NCBI GenBank assembly: GCA_051439605.1
Contig: JBFRWN010000065.1
Coordinates: 1 to 64,000 of the forward strand
Source of the DNA: Synechococcus sp.
Lineage (GTDB): Bacteria; Cyanobacteriota; Cyanobacteriia; Thermostichales; PCC-7336
Direction of reading: 5' to 3'
Length of the DNA: 64,000 nucleotides
The notes under the pieces were generated by a model that saw nothing but the letters and a program-made list of their open reading frames with translations, made no database searches and was not told the origin of the DNA. This document shows, piece by piece, positions 61,481 to 64,000 of this stretch; the first letter of the stretch is position 1; each line of letters begins with the position of its first letter. The position numbers and the translations under genes are program-made.

Positions 61481-62221
61481 ATGATGGTTGAGTCCTGGCC
61501 ATTAAAGTCTTTCCAGCTAGAAGTCAGAGCCGACGTGGCAGGAATGGTTGAACGGGGTATCGCTCTATGGCAACAGTGGGCCGCAGAGGCGATCGCAAAA
61601 CGGGGATTTTTTGCCGTGGCGTTAGCTGGCGGCGGCACGCCCAAAGTGTTTTACGAGGGGTTAGCAACCGCAGATTTGCCGTGGGATAAGTTCTACGTTT
61701 TCTGGGGGGATGAACGCTACGTTCCTGCCGATCATCCCGACAGCAACTATCGCATGGCCAAAGAAGCGCTGCTCGATCGCGTGCCGATTCCTACCCAGCA
61801 AATCTTTCCCTTCCCCACCCAGTCAGGGAATCCACAAGCGGATGCTTCCACCTACGGCGATCGACTGCGAAAGGTCTTCCAAACTTCAGTACCCACGATG
61901 GATTGCACGCTGTTGGGGGTGGGTACGGACGGTCATACTGCTTCTTTATTCCCAGGCACTGAAGCCCTCAACTCTCAAGCATCCGTTGCGGTAGGCAGTA
62001 AATCTGGCGAGCCTCGGCTGACCCTCACCTACCCATCACTCAATGCCAGCCGTCGGATAGTGTTTTGGATTGCTGGAGAGGGCAAAGCAGAGATTGTCAG
62101 TAAACTTCTGATGTCAGATGAGGGTTTACCCGCCCAAAGGATTCAGCCAGCTGGGGACTTAATCTGGATGCTAGATAGGGCAGCCGCATCGAAGCTACCT
62201 CTGTTAGCTTTAAACATTTAA
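61481..62221 (+). CDS. pgl: 6-phosphogluconolactonase
   Basis: LAGGGTP, FWGDERYVP..HPDSNY, LLG.G.DGHTASLFP, PRLTLT. Confidence 0.95.
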   Translation: MMVESWPLKSFQLEVRADVAGMVERGIALWQQWAAEAIAKRGFFAVALAGGGTPKVFYEGLATADLPWDKFYVFWGDERYVPADHPDSNYRMAKEALLDRVPIPTQQIFPFPTQSGNPQADASTYGDRLRKVFQTSVPTMDCTLLGVGTDGHTASLFPGTEALNSQASVAVGSKSGEPRLTLTYPSLNASRRIVFWIAGEGKAEIVSKLLMSDEGLPAQRIQPAGDLIWMLDRAAASKLPLLALNI

Positions 62222-62341
62222 ATCTTGGAACAGGAAAGCCACGGTCGAGTAAGCTATGGGCGGTAAACCGAACATTGTTACAATCGGTGAAAATTCCCCT
62301 CAGCGGTTAGTCACTGTCATTCTGTTCCCTTGCATGTTGTC

Positions 62342-62782
62342 ATGAACCGTTTCATTCATTCCTGCCTAATAATAGTTGCTATGTTGGGCTTGCTATTGGG
62401 TGGCGACCCGCTTGTAGCCAAAGATTTGGCGAGCCAGGAGGCTATCCCCATGAAGGTCGAGTTGGGGTCGTTAGAGAACAGCTTTCGATTCTCTCCAGAC
62501 ACCCTGCACTTTAAAGCCGGAAAGCTGTACCGCCTCACCCTCAGCAATCCCAGCCCTGTAAAACACTACTTCACCGCCAAGGATTTTGCCGATGTGGTCT
62601 GGACTCGCAAAGTGGATGTCGCAGGGGTAGAAGTGAAAGGAAAAGTCAGTGAATTAGAGCTCAAGCCAGAAGCTAGGGCGGACTGGGTGTTCGTACCGCA
62701 AAAATCTGGAGAATACGACTTGCAATGTAGTGTCCCAGGCCATGCCATGGCAGGAATGGTTGGCAAGTTGATTGTCGATTAG
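62342..62782 (+). CDS. Exported cupredoxin (blue-copper) domain protein
   Basis: Signal peptide; His in KHYF and type-1 Cu ligands C-SVPG-H-AMAG-M. Confidence 0.85.
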   Translation: MNRFIHSCLIIVAMLGLLLGGDPLVAKDLASQEAIPMKVELGSLENSFRFSPDTLHFKAGKLYRLTLSNPSPVKHYFTAKDFADVVWTRKVDVAGVEVKGKVSELELKPEARADWVFVPQKSGEYDLQCSVPGHAMAGMVGKLIVD

Positions 62783-62854
62783 AGTTTGTGTCATCACGCA
62801 TCAACAGTGGCACTCTGCCTCAGAAACTAGTAGTAGGGGATACCGATCTTACAG

Positions 62855-63598
62855 ATGAATCCAATCACTGCAGCAGAGTGGCTGCAGCACATTAAGCGGG
62901 ATCGCATTATTGCGGTCATTCGGACGGGCAGCCAAGAAACATCCTTTCGTCTGGTGGAAGCGGCGATCGCCGCTGGGCTTCGTCAAATTGAAATCACCAG
63001 CACGTCCGCAGGTTTTACGCGGACCATCGCCCAATTGCGAGCACGATATCCCACTTGCACGATCGGCACCGGCACAGTGTTGAATGCCAAAGTAGGTCGC
63101 GAAGCGATCGCAGCAGGGGCGCAGTTCATATTTAGCCCGTACCTCACTGTCGATGTGATTGAGCTAGCCCTCCAGCACGATATCGCCGTTGTTCCGGGGG
63201 CACTCACCCCCACTGAAATTGGTACTGCTTGGAGCGCTGGGGCGACCGCCGTCAAAGTGTTTCCCATTCAAGCGGTGGGTGGGGCGCAGTATCTACAGGC
63301 ACTACAAGGGCCAATGGGGCATATTCCCCTGATTCCCACGGGTGGGGTCTGTTGTGGGGACGCCCATAAGTTTTTTGACGCTGGCGCGATCGCCGTGGGC
63401 TTAGGTGGCAGCCTATTTCCCAAACAGTTAGTCGGTGCGCAAGACTGGCAAGGGCTTGAGTTCCATATCCGCACCTTTTTGGCTACGCAGCTCGATCGTC
63501 GTCCTCCTGGAACTCTTCCTATGGGGAAACTGCAATCTGATAGACAGACCATCCCGTGCCATCCATGTGACGGCCACCCCCAGTCTTTGCCACACTAG
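62855..63598 (+). CDS. eda: KDPG/KHG aldolase
   Basis: IAVIR, IEIT, IGTGTV, GAQFIFSP, PGALTPTE, VKVFP, IPTGGV. Confidence 0.9.
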   Translation: MNPITAAEWLQHIKRDRIIAVIRTGSQETSFRLVEAAIAAGLRQIEITSTSAGFTRTIAQLRARYPTCTIGTGTVLNAKVGREAIAAGAQFIFSPYLTVDVIELALQHDIAVVPGALTPTEIGTAWSAGATAVKVFPIQAVGGAQYLQALQGPMGHIPLIPTGGVCCGDAHKFFDAGAIAVGLGGSLFPKQLVGAQDWQGLEFHIRTFLATQLDRRPPGTLPMGKLQSDRQTIPCHPCDGHPQSLPH

Positions 63599-63658
63599 AA
63601 TTGCAACAATTACGAAAGCCGACACAGTCAATCCACTACATGCCACGGGGGCAACAGC

Positions 63659-64000
63659 ATGGAATCAGCCGTCGATCGAGAACAATTGAATCGAGAGCAG
63701 GTTTACCAAGGGCAGTTTGGGGATTTTACAATTACGGCGGGCGATCGCCGTGGGGTGATCGTTTATCGGTCAGCGCTGATGGTAGCCGCCCTCTGTTTTT
63801 CAGCATCAACGGGCCTAACCTTGTGGCAACCCAACTCAACAACAGTTCAGTGGGCCATCACCAGCTTGTTTGGGGGATTTTCTCTGGCGATGGGTATTGC
63901 CCTGTTCACCATCCATATCTACATGCGATCGCTGCATAGAACGCTGCAGCTGTTTTGGGGCATCGGCTCCCTCACAGCAATCATTTTGGCCGTGCTGTTT
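63659..64000 (+). CDS. DUF2301 family membrane protein (partial, runs off the right edge)
   Basis: Manual translation MESAVDREQLNREQVYQGQFGDFTITAGDRRGVIVYRSAL...IHIYMRSLHRTLQLFW. Confidence 0.82.
   Translation, partial: MESAVDREQLNREQVYQGQFGDFTITAGDRRGVIVYRSALMVAALCFSASTGLTLWQPNSTTVQWAITSLFGGFSLAMGIALFTIHIYMRSLHRTLQLFWGIGSLTAIILAVLF

Noticed and set aside
1..64000. Frequent GCGATCGC octamer
   Set aside because: This is HIP1, a well-known cyanobacterial genome-wide repeat; useful for taxonomy, not a local feature.
1..64000. CRISPR array or cas genes linked to the CHAT protease
   Set aside because: No repeat-spacer array or cas gene was seen in the window; the Craspase comparison is only an analogy.

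Overview
A gene-dense cyanobacterial chromosome segment: the HIP1 octamer GCGATCGC is frequent, and petBD, psbM, pipX, nblB, ycf34, ctpA and sigG are present. The left edge is the end of an element integrated at tRNA-Pro(CGG). It has an arm-type tyrosine integrase coupled to an AT-rich cargo gene that appears cut by an IS1 element. Most of the rest is housekeeping: thrC, hpnB/shc, pyrB, hemF, leuS, crtL, gap, dnaK-dnaJ, pgl, eda and two ABC transporter loci. The most interesting items are: (1) a tightly coupled four-gene operon at 12.1-18.6 kb encoding a sigma-like protein, a DUF1822 protein, a membrane-anchored caspase-family (CHAT) protease fused to a CHASE2 sensor, and an exported DUF928 protein, which looks like a protease-based transmembrane signalling system; (2) a symmetric cluster of DnaA boxes at 31.4-31.7 kb with no dnaA/dnaN in the window; (3) a candidate structured ncRNA at 42.7-42.8 kb; and (4) a probable CTG start codon for crtL. 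All family calls come from motif recognition by eye; no database searches were run.
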